Positions 19,187-30,210 of a DNA stretch of 64,000 nucleotides are shown here, in pieces (the stretch's first letter is position 1; every line of letters starts with the position of its first letter). The notes beneath the pieces are model-generated. The model was not told where the DNA came from, ran no database searches, and saw only the letters and a program-made list of their open reading frames with translations. The position numbers were made by a program, and so were the translations under genes. Source of the stretch: Cenarchaeum sp. (GTDB lineage: Archaea; Thermoproteota; Nitrososphaeria; Nitrososphaerales; Nitrosopumilaceae); NCBI GenBank assembly GCA_965212015.1, contig OZ243037.1:1-64000 (forward strand), written 5' to 3'.

Positions 19187-20467
19187 TTATTGCAGTATTA
19201 CGCCAATGTCCATCAGGTTGGTGTGGGTGTGGCCTGTCCTGACCAGGCCGCCGTATCTGGCAAAGAACTCTGAGGAATTGCTCTCCCTGAGGTAAGAGTC
19301 AATGACTGCCTGCTCTATCCTGAAATTGCCCGTCAATGCGCCTGCAAACCCCGTATTTCCGTCAATCCCGTCGGTTCCAACTGACGATATTACAATCCCC
19401 TCGTCGTGCCGCTGGAGGTTCTTTAGCATACGCAGGACCAGCTCCTGGTTTCTCCCCCCCCGTCCGTCGCCGATTACCCTGACTGTAGTCTCGCCGCCAA
19501 AAATCAGGCACTCGCCGCCCTTGTGCGCAATGTTTTTTTTAATTTTCTGCGTGGCGTCCTTGATGTCGCCTGAGACCGTGATCGACTTTGTGTTGTAGCC
19601 TAGCTGGCCGGCCTTTTTTGTCATGGCGGCAAGGCAGTCCCTGTTGCTTGCGATTATCTGGTTTGTTATCCTCGGGCTTTTTGGCGTCTCTGGAATCCTG
19701 CCTGCAATGCCGTCTATGATTCTTGTCGTGATGGCATCTGGAAGCTTTTCTGCAATGTGATATCTTGCAAGTATGTCACGTGCGTCCTCAAACGTGGTGG
19801 CATCGCAGTATGTCGCACCGGACGCTATGGTGGACGGATCATCGCCTACCACGTCTGACATTACCAGCGCGGCGGCATCACAGCAGAGATTCTCTGTCAG
19901 CCTGCCGCCCTTTATCTGCGAAAGGTGTTTTCTTATGCAGTTGATCTCGTGGATTGTGGCGCCGGATTTCAGCAGCAGGTCGTTTACATAGACCTTGTCG
20001 GCCAGCTCTATGCCGTCGGGAAGGCAGAGCATCGAGGAGGCGCCGCCTGAAACAAGAAAAAGCACAAATTCCGATTTCTTTCTGCGCTTTAGGAACTTTG
20101 TTACCGATTTTGCGGCGCCGACGCTTGACTGGTCCGGCGTGGGATGGCTTGCCGGCAGCACCGTGAATTTTTTGCCCACCACTGCGGGTCTCGGGCCCCT
20201 TGGCATGACGACTATGGCGCTTTTTATGTCAATGATGGAGCTTGCAGTCTTTGCCATCGCGTCTGCCGACTTGCCAAACGCCACAATGTGCACGCCGGAA
20301 TAATCCGCAAGGCTGATCGTGCGGCCGTCGAGGAGAACCGCGTCCTTTTTCAGGTGGGCCTCCAGCCCTATGCTCGGGGCGGCCGCCTGCAGTCCGGCCT
20401 CTATTATTTTTAGCGCATTTTTCTTTGATCTGCTCTGTGCCAGCTGCCTATAGTTTTGCACAATCAT
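19187..20467 (-). CDS. glycerate 2-kinase (MOFRL family)
   Basis: AFGK.A..M, SGGASS, RKHLSQIKGG, SDVVGD, GGETTV, GGRNQE, GTDGIDG, THTNLMD. Confidence 0.93.
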   Translation of the reverse strand: MIVQNYRQLAQSRSKKNALKIIEAGLQAAAPSIGLEAHLKKDAVLLDGRTISLADYSGVHIVAFGKSADAMAKTASSIIDIKSAIVVMPRGPRPAVVGKKFTVLPASHPTPDQSSVGAAKSVTKFLKRRKKSEFVLFLVSGGASSMLCLPDGIELADKVYVNDLLLKSGATIHEINCIRKHLSQIKGGRLTENLCCDAAALVMSDVVGDDPSTIASGATYCDATTFEDARDILARYHIAEKLPDAITTRIIDGIAGRIPETPKSPRITNQIIASNRDCLAAMTKKAGQLGYNTKSITVSGDIKDATQKIKKNIAHKGGECLIFGGETTVRVIGDGRGGRNQELVLRMLKNLQRHDEGIVISSVGTDGIDGNTGFAGALTGNFRIEQAVIDSYLRESNSSEFFARYGGLVRTGHTHTNLMDIGVILQ

Positions 20468-20855
20468 GATTCTCTAGTGTGCCCGGACCTTGCCGGTGCG
20501 GCTTTGCGAATGGATTCGACTGCGGCCAGGGGGGGCGTCATTGTCAGATTCTGCCATGTGTGGATTCATGTAATGTCTGTCTATTAATGTTGGTTGCCAG
20601 GCTGCCTGCATGTAAAATCCGCAGGTTGCGTGATTTTGAGCGTGCCAGTACTCTTGCGTCTGGGCCAGCTTGAAAAAATTCCCGGGAAAGCATGCACATG
20701 TTTAGATCATATCTGTTGAGGAAGAACAAGGCGTCCTGATGCCTCGATCAAGGCGCCTTTGAGACTGATGATTGGCGGCAAGCCCGAATCACCGGATGTT
20801 TTTTTTGAGCCTATAACGCCGTGATCTGGGTTTTAAATAGGAAAATCGACGCCTA

Positions 20856-20945
20856 GTCGACAAAGTCAGCAGAGTCGACAAAGTCAGCAGAGTCGACAAA
20901 GTCAGCAGAGTCGACAAAGTCAGCAGAGTCGACAAAGTCGGCAAG
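20856..20945. repeat. intergenic tandem repeat, 5 x 18 bp GTCGACAAAGTCAGCAGA (last copy degenerate)
   Basis: Head-to-tail units without spacers, directly visible. Confidence 0.95.
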
Positions 20946-21502
20946 AGCCGCTTATATGTGCCGTCCCCTTTGAATCGCCGGCAACATGCCAGGGCACGCA
21001 GGCAGCCCATTTTCTGCGGGTATGAAAAATGCACCAAGCTTGCCACACGTTACTGGCAGAATAACAGGGCCAAGTCCCGGGTAAAACAGATGACCGGCAG
21101 TACGGGGTGCCTCAATTGGGAATTGTGCGTGCATGCCGATTGGCAGTATGCGTTGCCGTATCAACCGTACGGGCACCATGCGATCACACGTGGATGGTGC
21201 GGATCTGGATTCTGATCCCACACACCAATTACCTGCCGGCGCGATGCCGGGATTAGAATTGACGGGGATGCCAGAATCAGACCCGGAATCCGACGGCCAG
21301 ACCTGACTTTCTGATTCTTTCGCGCATTTTGTCTGCGACGCATGCTTGAATTACAGACGCAGAATGCCTGGCTGATTGCGGTTTTCTGGCCGGCATGCAT
21401 CTGCCTGTCACGTCGCCCGATCGGGGGAGACTGCCTGTGCCCGGATGACTTTGTGGCGCCCTGAAACGCATGATATAATAATAATAAATTCCGAGTCCAC
21501 TC

Positions 21503-22447
21503 ATGCACACGATGCGGATTCCCAAGGTGATCAAGTTTGGAGAGAACGCACTCGGCGAGACAGAGTATCCCAAAAACGCCCTGGTAGTCACGACTGCACC
21601 CCCCGAGCTGTCCGGAAAATGGCTCGACAGGATGGGCATACAGGACTATATGCTGTATGACAAGGTAAAGCCAGAGCCGTCAATTGACGACGTCAATGCG
21701 GTAATTGCAGAGTTCAAGGGCAAGAATCCGTCCGTTCTGATCGGCCTGGGGGGCGGAAGCTCGCTGGACGTCGTAAAATACTCTGCGCAGGACTTTGGCA
21801 CAGAAAAGATCCTGATTCCCACGACGTTTGGGACGGGGGCCGAAATGACCACGTACTGCGTGCTAAAGTTTGACGGCAAGAAAAAACTGCTCCGCGAGGA
21901 CAGGTTCCTTGCGGACATGGCAGTGGTGGACTCGTACTTTATGGACGGCACGCCAGAGCAGATAGTGAAAAACTCTGTGTGTGATGCGTGCGCGCAGGCC
22001 ACCGAGGGCTATGACAGCAAGCTGGGAAACGACATGACAAGGATGCTGTGCGGCAAGGCCTTTGACATGCTTTATGATGCCATAATGAACGGCCGCCCGG
22101 AGGATTATCCATATGGCTCCATGCTGTCGGGGATGGGGTTTGGAAACTGCTCGACTACGCTGGGCCACGCATTGTCGTACGTGTTCTCAAACGAGGGCGT
22201 GCCCCACGGCTATTCGCTTTCGTCCTGCACGACAGTCGCACACAGGCACAACAAGTCCAAATTTTATGACAGGTTCAAGGAGTGCATAGAAAAGCTCGGA
22301 TTCGACAAGCTGGACTTGAAGGCAGACGTCTCTGAGGCAGCAGACGTCGTAATGACTGACAGGGGCCACCTGGATCCGAACCCAATCCCGGTTGCCAAGG
22401 CCGATGTTGCAAAGTGCCTTGAGGACATAAAGGCGGGAAACCTGTAA
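21503..22447 (+). CDS. iron-containing alcohol dehydrogenase
   Basis: GLGGGSSLDVVK, IPTTFGTGAE, H..S...PHG motifs. Confidence 0.92.
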   Translation: MHTMRIPKVIKFGENALGETEYPKNALVVTTAPPELSGKWLDRMGIQDYMLYDKVKPEPSIDDVNAVIAEFKGKNPSVLIGLGGGSSLDVVKYSAQDFGTEKILIPTTFGTGAEMTTYCVLKFDGKKKLLREDRFLADMAVVDSYFMDGTPEQIVKNSVCDACAQATEGYDSKLGNDMTRMLCGKAFDMLYDAIMNGRPEDYPYGSMLSGMGFGNCSTTLGHALSYVFSNEGVPHGYSLSSCTTVAHRHNKSKFYDRFKECIEKLGFDKLDLKADVSEAADVVMTDRGHLDPNPIPVAKADVAKCLEDIKAGNL

Positions 22448-22537
22448 AAACGGCTGTTTTTCCGGATTTTATGGCAGGTGCGAATCGCGCCGCTTCGACT
22501 AGACTTATTTACCGCAAAAACCCAGCGAATCTGTAAT

Positions 22538-23626
22538 ATGGGCGGGATAAAGTTTGGAATTCAAAACGGCCTCAATGTCGCAAGGGCGGGGTATACCGAG
22601 GATCAGATCCTGACTGCGTGCATTCTGGCAGACAAGACAGGATACGACTCTATATTTTACATGGACCACACCAACGTGCCGCAGTGGAAAAATGCCATAG
22701 TCCTGGATCCGTGGGTGATGCTATCTGCGATTGCCGCAGTCACAAGCAACGTGGAGCTTGGAACGTGCGTTACTGACGCCATACGGCGCCATCCCTCAAA
22801 CATTGCGCTTGCCGCAATAACGCTGGACAGGATATCCAAGGGGCGGGCGATACTGGGAATCGGCGCAGGCGAGGCGCAAAACCTCAAGGAATTCTGCATC
22901 CCGTTTGAAAAGCCGGTCAGCAAGTGGGCAGAGCAGATAGAGCTAATCAAGACTCTTTACGGATCGACTCCGGACAATACGGTGGATTACGAGGGAAAAT
23001 ACTACAAGCTGGAAAGCGCCTGCCTTCAGGCCCCGCCGATAAGAAAGCCGCATCCGCCCACATACATGGCTGCCGGCGGAAAGCGCACGCTGGAGCTGAC
23101 AGGAAAGCTCGGCGACGGGTGGCTGCCCATCGGATACACGCCGGAGCTGTTCGAGGATCACAAGGGGAAGATAGAGGCCAGCATGGAAAAACACGACAGG
23201 CCGCAGCAGGAGAGGGACAATTTTCAGATGGCGCTGGATGTTGACGTTTATTTCTCAGAGGATGCAGAGGAATCGTGGGCAAAGATGAAGGAGGCAGTCA
23301 AGGTAAGCCTGTTCAAGCCTGAGATACTCCGCGTGCACGAGCTAAAAGAGATTGAGGGGTTTGACTTTGTAAAGTATTTCACGGAATACTCAATGTCCAA
23401 CCAGGACTGGATAGTAAAGATGCGCAAGGCGGCAACCCGTATACCTGACGCCATTGCGCGCTCCTCGACTGCGATCGGGACGCCAGACGACGTAATTCCG
23501 ACGTTTGAGCGCTTCATAAAGGCCGGCGTCAACCATTTCGTGATCAGGTTCTGGGGCAAGAACTATTTTGGCAGCATTGACAAGTTTGCAAGCCACGTAA
23601 TGCCGCACCTAAAGGAGCTGGCCTGA
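22538..23626 (+). CDS. LLM (luciferase-like) class, probably F420-dependent, oxidoreductase
   Basis: G.DS....DH, DPW..L.A.A, ELGTCVT, LDRIS.GR.ILGIGAGE, GDGW motifs. Confidence 0.92.
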   Translation: MGGIKFGIQNGLNVARAGYTEDQILTACILADKTGYDSIFYMDHTNVPQWKNAIVLDPWVMLSAIAAVTSNVELGTCVTDAIRRHPSNIALAAITLDRISKGRAILGIGAGEAQNLKEFCIPFEKPVSKWAEQIELIKTLYGSTPDNTVDYEGKYYKLESACLQAPPIRKPHPPTYMAAGGKRTLELTGKLGDGWLPIGYTPELFEDHKGKIEASMEKHDRPQQERDNFQMALDVDVYFSEDAEESWAKMKEAVKVSLFKPEILRVHELKEIEGFDFVKYFTEYSMSNQDWIVKMRKAATRIPDAIARSSTAIGTPDDVIPTFERFIKAGVNHFVIRFWGKNYFGSIDKFASHVMPHLKELA

Positions 23627-23684
23627 TCCGCCCTCGCCGCTTTTTGTGCGCATGCCTGCCGCCGTGATTACGGCTCTTCTCCCA

Positions 23685-24334
23685 GGCGCCATTCTGTGAT
23701 TTCGAATCCCGCACAGGGGAGTAATTCAAAGTTTCCAATCGTGATTCCGATCCAGTCCGTTTGCACATGGTGTATGTCGGCAGAAATGATGATTATCATC
23801 ACACGCAGGGTTTGAAAAAAACATCTTGATGCGTCACGGGCGGGAATCGTCTAGGGTATTTCGGTAACCAGTATATTGTCTATAAACTGCGGATAGAAAA
23901 GTCCGCTGGTGTCCGATACAAACCTAAAGTATGTCCCGGAATCCAGGACAAACTGCTCGTGCGTCCATGTGCCCGTCTTGAACTCTGCACCCTGGTATAA
24001 CTGGAGGGTCTCCCAGTCTTCCCTGTCCGGGCTGATATCTAGCCTCAACATGCCAGTCGAGCGGTTATCGGACTGGAACTTGTCGAATTCAAGCATGACG
24101 GAATCTTGTGGGCTGGTTAAAGGAGATACGAGGGTCATGGTGCATGTATCCTCACATTCGCGGAAATGTACGACACGCGAGCCGTTATCGTCTATTGTGG
24201 GGAAAAAGTGTCGTTGTATGGTCTCTATGCCGCTATCGGTTACTCTGGCCCGTATGATATCGCCCGTCCTGTCAAAATCGCCCAGGCTGAGGCGGTGCTC
24301 AAAGTCGTTTCTAAGCAGTGCGGAATCGACGGGT
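23685..24334. repeat. ~650-bp direct repeat, copy 1 (copy 2 at 26415-27064)
   Basis: Base-by-base near-identity at a 2730-bp offset. Confidence 0.97.
23851..24334 (-). pseudogene. orphan copy of the C-terminal ~160 codons of the large surface protein
   Basis: Reads PVDSALLRNDFEH...IDNILVTEIP; in-frame TAG a few codons upstream and no start codon before the shared segment. Confidence 0.85.
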
Positions 24335-24411
24335 CTGGCCCAAGATGAATCCTGCTAGCAATATCGGAAAAGTTTGCACGGTTTTGGAATTAATGCGATC
24401 CATTATAATGC

Positions 24412-25947
24412 TTATGGCGAATTAATGTGAATTATGTCTAATCCGCGCTTTGCAAGCTTTTCTATACTGAGCTCGGAAAGGCACACGGGTTTTTCCTTCA
24501 TTATTGCAAGACTGAGGCCTTCCCTACACTGTACCATATCTGGGGACGTGCCATCTGCGATCTGCTGTTTTGGTGATGGCAGAGGCGCACCATTGGGCTC
24601 GGAACTGTTGCTCTTTTCAGAGTTTGAGAGCACCAGCATGGTATCTGACCGTCCGTCTCCGGGAAGCACCTCATAGTCCAGAACCCGGCCGTCGTTTATG
24701 TGAAGGGTAATATTTTTTCCAAGAACTTCGTCCGTAATGGGAAGTGATCTTGGAACTATGTCCATGTAAACACTGATTGCCGCATCATCCCCGTCTAGTT
24801 TTACATCTATTTGATTGGGAGATATTTCAAATTTTGTATCCGTCTCATTATGAGTTGGAATAAATTGGCCGGTATTATTTTGATCATTTTGTGTTGTTCC
24901 ATAAAGTGTGTAAAATTTATTGCTAGATTCTATGACCGTAACATCATCTCTTTTCTCAAGCTGAGAAAGAAAATCAATGGTAATATCTGCTCTAATTGCA
25001 TTGATTGATTCAAATTTGCGTATCACGGGTTGGTTGTTTGATTCCAAAAATTCAACGAGTGGTTGCTGTGATATCGCTAATTCTATTTCCCTTTCTGCCC
25101 GTCTTTTATCCTTCTGTTCTTTTGTAGGGATTGTATGTGGATCTATCCAGCCATATGGATACGATGGGATCTCGGGCAACAGAATGTATATATTGAGAAT
25201 CTCTTCACCATCTATATTTTTATCTAATGGACAGTATATTGTATCATAATCATGTATTGTAATATATTCTCTACCAACATCTACATATTTGAGACTACAT
25301 TTTTTCATTTTGCTTTCAATCTCTTCGTATATTTGAGGATCAATTTTGGATTCCCGTCCACGAGTAATGTGCCACGGAATTTCAAGATCCTTGCCGTAAA
25401 GATCAATGTTTGCCACATAATTGCTTTTTACCAGATCATCGAGCAGGTGTGCGGGAATGGCCGCCCATATTGTGCGGTATTGGGCAAACTGGGCCCTCTC
25501 TGTTTGTACGTCCTTGTGACCTAGCAGGCTTAAAATATTTTTTTGTACTATATCATAATCGTGTATGGTGCCCGCATCCACATTGTGCACTATCGTAACG
25601 CACAGCCGTTCCGCGCCGGAATCTATTACCTCCTGCAGATCCGGCAGAACCTTTGACCCCTCAAACTTTGCATCCCACCGTATTATGCCGCCGGCCTTTG
25701 TACAGTCGTCAAGCTCTTTGATCGGGGGCGGATACTCTATGGTCAGCTCTACTGTCCGGGTTCCCGTCTTGTTGTTGCCCCACACGTATTCCGTTGACTC
25801 GCGCACCTCGATGGTACAGTTGGGCCATATCTGGCATTCCGGCTGTCCGGATGAGCCATTTTTGTCTATATCCTGTTCTGCATACGCATATGCCACATGT
25901 GCTGTAAAGAGTCCGGCAACTAGAAGTAATATGGCCTGATTCATCAT
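24412..25947 (-). CDS. secreted protein with two protease-propeptide (I9-like) segments and a C-terminal SPKQQ/two-Cys module
   Basis: Signal peptide; QQPLVEFLE...FESINAIRADIT...L..L..R.DV..IE resembles subtilase prodomains; no catalytic triad seen. Confidence 0.7.
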   Translation of the reverse strand: MMNQAILLLVAGLFTAHVAYAYAEQDIDKNGSSGQPECQIWPNCTIEVRESTEYVWGNNKTGTRTVELTIEYPPPIKELDDCTKAGGIIRWDAKFEGSKVLPDLQEVIDSGAERLCVTIVHNVDAGTIHDYDIVQKNILSLLGHKDVQTERAQFAQYRTIWAAIPAHLLDDLVKSNYVANIDLYGKDLEIPWHITRGRESKIDPQIYEEIESKMKKCSLKYVDVGREYITIHDYDTIYCPLDKNIDGEEILNIYILLPEIPSYPYGWIDPHTIPTKEQKDKRRAEREIELAISQQPLVEFLESNNQPVIRKFESINAIRADITIDFLSQLEKRDDVTVIESSNKFYTLYGTTQNDQNNTGQFIPTHNETDTKFEISPNQIDVKLDGDDAAISVYMDIVPRSLPITDEVLGKNITLHINDGRVLDYEVLPGDGRSDTMLVLSNSEKSNSSEPNGAPLPSPKQQIADGTSPDMVQCREGLSLAIMKEKPVCLSELSIEKLAKRGLDIIHINSP

Positions 25948-26023
25948 GACTCCAAGATCGTAATACCATATAAAAAATACTATTCATTAGTGTATCAGAA
26001 TGGACTGAACTTGGACTGGATCT

Positions 26024-26341
26024 CTAACCACATGATGTGCTTCCCAGCAATTCCTGCACCTGGGATTCGGTATACGTGGTGTTGGTCAGCAGGACGTCGG
26101 CGTCGATTCCTATTACCAGCTTGTCCCCGTCTGCTGCCGAAAACACGATAGGAATCCCGCCCGTGCTGCCGCTTGGCCCATCGTCTGCCTGCGATATCAT
26201 GTAAATTGTGGCAATGCTGTGCGCCTCGTTTGCGTCTGCAAATCCGGTCGGGCAGTACAAATGACAAGATAATTGCAAGACATGTTTCCTGCAAGACCGA
26301 GAATCACGCACAAAAAAAGAGATAAATAATTCCTTTACCAT
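26024..26341 (-). pseudogene. probable remnant of another surface-protein gene
   Basis: Protein-like C-terminal half (LVIGIDADVLL...VQELLG) with an implausible N-terminus. Confidence 0.35.
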
Positions 26342-26414
26342 ACCATATCATGTTGTATAAGACGGGCATTAAGTCGGGTTATTGTATAATTACCTCTGCC
26401 CCCATCCCCGTCCC

Positions 26415-27064
26415 GGCGCCATTCGGTGATTTCGAATCCCGCACATGGGAGTAATTCAAAGTTTCCAATCGTGATTCCGATCCAGTCCGTTTGCACATGG
26501 TGCATGTCTGCAGAAACGTTGATTATCATCACACGCAGGGTTTGAGAAAAACATCTTGATGCGTCGCAGGCGGGAATCGTCTAGGGTATTTCGGTAACCA
26601 GTATATTGTCTATAAACTGCGGATAGAAAAGTCCGCTGGTGTCCGATACAAACCTAAAATATGTCCCGGAATCCAGGACAAACTGCTCGTGTGTCCATGT
26701 GCCCGTCTTGAACTCTGCACCCTGGTATGACTGGAGGGTCTCCCAGTCTTCCCTGTCCGGGCTGATATCGAGCCTCAACATGCCAGTCGAGCGGTTATCG
26801 GACTGGAACTTGTCGAATTCAAGCATGACGGAATCTTGTGGGCTGGTTAGGGGTGATACGAGGGTCATGGTACATGTATCCTCACATTCGCGGAAATGTA
26901 CGACACGCGAGCCGTTATCGTCTATTGTGGGGAAAAAGTGTCGCTGTATGGTCTCTATGCCGCTATCGGTTACTCTGGCCCGTATGATATCGCCCGTCCT
27001 GTCAAAGTCGCCCAGGCTGAGGCGGTGCTCAAAGTCGTTTCTAAGCAGTGCGGAATCGACGGGT
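26415..27064. repeat. ~650-bp direct repeat, copy 2
   Basis: Covers the 3' end of the 26581 ORF plus ~165 bp downstream; matches 23685-24334. Confidence 0.97.
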
Positions 27065-28802
27065 ATGGGGGTGATCCTTTCTATTATTATATCAAAGGAT
27101 CCCGTTGCCCTGTTGCCGCTAGAGTCAACGGCTGCGCACCTTACATTATGGGCGCCGATATAAAAGCCAAGACCGCTGGGGGAATTGCAGTGAATAAACA
27201 CGTCATCATCCACCGTATCTGTGGCCGTAAAGTCGTAATGTACGGTATAGGAGACATTGTCGGTGCGAGCCGTGATATCGTCGGGGACGTCAATTACGGG
27301 CGGGGTCGTATCCTGTACGGTTATTATCTGCGTATCTGTGACAGTATTTCCCGCAGAATCAGTCGCAGTCCACGTTATGGTGGTGTTGCCTAGCAGGAAC
27401 GAGTCAGGTGCGTCGTTTGTTATCTCTGCGTTATTGTTTGTGGTGGCATTGCCGAGATCAACTGCGGTCAGTAGTGCCTCAGCCTCTGCTGTGAGATCAT
27501 CCGGTGCGGTAATTGCCAACGGTGCCAGCTCCTCGTTCAGGGTTATGGTAAATGATGCCCTGGCGACGTTTTCTGCCGTGTCCTGGGCCATACATGTCAC
27601 CATTGTGGTGCCAAACAAATGAAGTATGCCGGGAGGGGGATCACACATGACGTCGACTATACCGTCCATGTCGTCAGTAGCCGTGGGCAGATCATAGCTT
27701 ATGACTTGGGGGTTTGGCGCACCCAATACTATATCGTCGGGAATGCCGGATATTACGGGCCGCGTATTGTCGATGGTCTTTGCTATTATCCTGATTGCAT
27801 CAAGCTGGATTTCACTGTCATCATCATCCAGCATGGGCATGAACCTAAAGAAAAACTGGCTGCGCGCAAACTCGTCCATGTTTATGGTCACCGGAAACCA
27901 CCTGTCGCGCTGGCTTTCCCCGACTACTATCATGTGCTTGTCCTGCCATGTGCCGGGCCCCCTTATCTGAACCATGGCCACCTCTGTCTCAAGCAGGTCG
28001 CTATCCTGTATCTCATCGCCAAACCATACCCAGAAGGTAAGATCCGCACCGTCATACTGGAATATCTCTACTTCGTCTCTGATTTGAAGCGTACAGGCCT
28101 CGTCCTCATCACACTCGTCTATGCCGATTACGCGATTGTTGGTATCCACCGGAAGCGCCTGGATGGGGTTTCTGATGGACCATTCGCTGGTCTTTCTCCA
28201 CTCGTTGGTTGACTCGAACTGATCGTCAAACTGCAGTGTCTGGGCAAATCCCGGCGTCCGGTGTCTTTCCGGTACGTCTATGGGGGGCTGCGGCGTCAGT
28301 ATTATTGTAAGATCAACTCTTTCTTGCACACTGTGCCTGCCGTCTTCTACGGTGACTAGAAACGAGACATCTGCACTTTGCTCCTGCCTTACATACGGAA
28401 TATCAAAGGAGGCTATCGCTGTGTCTGCATTCTGGAGCATTATGCCTGTGTTTATTGCATTGCGAAGTGGATCCCACTGAAACGTAAGATTGTTGCCGTC
28501 ATCGGTGGTGCCGCTTGCATCAAGCAGCACGGTCGTACCGCTGCGCTGGTTTTGGTCAATCGGGGCAATGGATATTACGGGTTGCCGGTTTGTTCCACCA
28601 CTATCAATTATCTTTAATCGTACTCTTAAATTGTCTATCTCCACTTCTTCATTGTTAGAGCTCGATTTTGCCAAAAATCTGAAATCAGCAGTATTCTGAT
28701 TGTTATCAAATGTTATGCTGGAAGTTCTCCACTGGTCATTATGTTCATTGTTGTTCTCAGTATATGATGCAAGAGTTACCCATGTGTTTTCGTCATTAGT
28801 GT
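26581..28802 (-). pseudogene. C-terminal half of an IS-interrupted giant surface protein (beta-sandwich/MAM-like, PKD-like and HYR domains)
   Basis: LDASGTTDDG..LTFQW PKD-like motif; three HYR-like repeats (D.T.PVI, P.ATD..DG, F..G.T.VTC.A.D); continues the domain broken at 30210. Confidence 0.85.
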
Positions 28803-30210
28803 CTATGCGTATTAGCGAAACTCGCAACAACTCTGCATGACTTGCGTACAACCATACGTCTCAAAGTTACAAAACACGGCAAAATACGATCCGTAACGCA
28901 CAAAAAACACACAGTTTCACAAAATCATGCGCAGAAATACAGCGCTTCAGGCGCCCTGCGTTATGTGATCAGAATCCGTGCTTGAGGCGTTCCCGTTTCG
29001 CATCCCACAGCAGATCAAAGTTTGCAAGACCCGTCACGATTAGTAAATCCCTGCGCAGATCCTCGTCGGTGCCGACATACAGTTTTGCCAGTATTTTATA
29101 CTGTTTTAGCCGGCAGATGGCGTGCTCTACTTTTATTCTAATGTTGCTGATCCTTTTGTTTTCATTTTTTTGTGCGCCGTCCAGCTCGGCATTTTTCGGT
29201 TTTTTGGTGGGCTTTTGGACGTTGGCGCCGGGCAGATCTCCCTCGATGGCCTGGTATCCCTTGTCCACGTATACCGTAACTTTATCTTTTTTCCTCACAT
29301 TCTCATCGTTCATGCTCTTGCTTAGTGGTCCCAGATCAATCTCGTTGTCTCGGAACATGTCAAGATCCGGCATCGATCCCGGCATCGGTTTTCCTGTCGC
29401 GATAACCAGCTTGTCGCGATTGGCCACTATGGTGATGTTTAGCGTGTGCTTTTTTTTCCTGCCTATATAGTAGACTTCACTTGCGGCAGGATCGGACGGC
29501 CGCTCTATGGCTATGTGCGTGCCGTCTATGTACAGCTCGCCCCCGTTGCTGCCAGGAACCAAATGTTTTACCTCATCGATGTTTTTTGCATCCTGTATCT
29601 CTTCGGAGATATTTTCCGCAGTAGGCAGAATCTCCAACAGAATTACTTTGGCAAACTCGAGATATCGTGATATCGTGCTCTGATCCACGTTAAATAAAGT
29701 GCTGAATCCGTCCTGGGTTATGCCGAGCCTTTCACTCATCAATACCAGCAACAATACGTGCCGGATGTGCAGCTTGCACCTGTTTCCGCGGCGGATCTTG
29801 TCGCTTGAAAACAGCGGGGCGTCCGGATATTTCTTTGCCGCATCCATGAATATTTTTAGAATGTAATCGAACTGTTTGCAGGTCTTTTTTGTCGCCTTGT
29901 GCAGTCTTTTTTTATCGTTGATAATTCCATCAAACGTCTTATGGATATCCAAGAGCTGGGATTTTCCTGGCTTTTTACGCCTGTCTGTGTTATCATGGGC
30001 GTACCACCGTCGGTCTTCACTGTCCAGTTTGTTCTCGAGTGTTGTGATTTTTTGGTCTTTTTTCTTGATTATCAGGTCTTTTTTCTTGATTGCCTGCTGT
30101 AATTCGTGTATTTGTCTGGTCTCAGATCTAGACATCAAGCAAATGCGGCGATCGTGCCTGATCTAAACCTACTGATTAAAAAAATTTGTGGGTATTGTCA
30201 ATACGCATAG
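28803..30210 (-). mobile_element. IS5-family (ISL2/Harbinger-like) insertion sequence, ~1.4 kb
   Basis: Inverted ends CTATGCGTATT (28803-28813) and AATACGCATAG (30200-30210); possible TA duplication in a CTAG target; single transposase. Confidence 0.9.
28969..30138 (-). CDS. DDE transposase (DDE_Tnp_4-type with HTH), apparently intact
   Basis: LFNVDQSTISR HTH; IDGTHI.IERP, VDKGYQ, RIKVEHAI.RLK DDE motifs. Confidence 0.92.
   Translation of the reverse strand: MMSRSETRQIHELQQAIKKKDLIIKKKDQKITTLENKLDSEDRRWYAHDNTDRRKKPGKSQLLDIHKTFDGIINDKKRLHKATKKTCKQFDYILKIFMDAAKKYPDAPLFSSDKIRRGNRCKLHIRHVLLLVLMSERLGITQDGFSTLFNVDQSTISRYLEFAKVILLEILPTAENISEEIQDAKNIDEVKHLVPGSNGGELYIDGTHIAIERPSDPAASEVYYIGRKKKHTLNITIVANRDKLVIATGKPMPGSMPDLDMFRDNEIDLGPLSKSMNDENVRKKDKVTVYVDKGYQAIEGDLPGANVQKPTKKPKNAELDGAQKNENKRISNIRIKVEHAICRLKQYKILAKLYVGTDEDLRRDLLIVTGLANFDLLWDAKRERLKHGF

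Noticed and set aside
20856-20945. CRISPR array
   Set aside because: Units are head-to-tail with no unique spacers, only 18 bp long, and there are no cas genes in the window
21203-21219. Weak similarity (ATCTGGATTCTGATCC) to the dispersed 31-bp core
   Set aside because: Too short and mismatched to distinguish from chance
23724-23754. CRISPR-repeat-like end (reverse strand ...GATTGGAAAC)
   Set aside because: Occurs only as isolated copies kb apart, and identity extends past the would-be repeat end
23685-27064. Diversity-generating retroelement TR/VR pair
   Set aside because: Differences are not adenine-specific, are mostly synonymous, span 650 bp, and no reverse transcriptase is present
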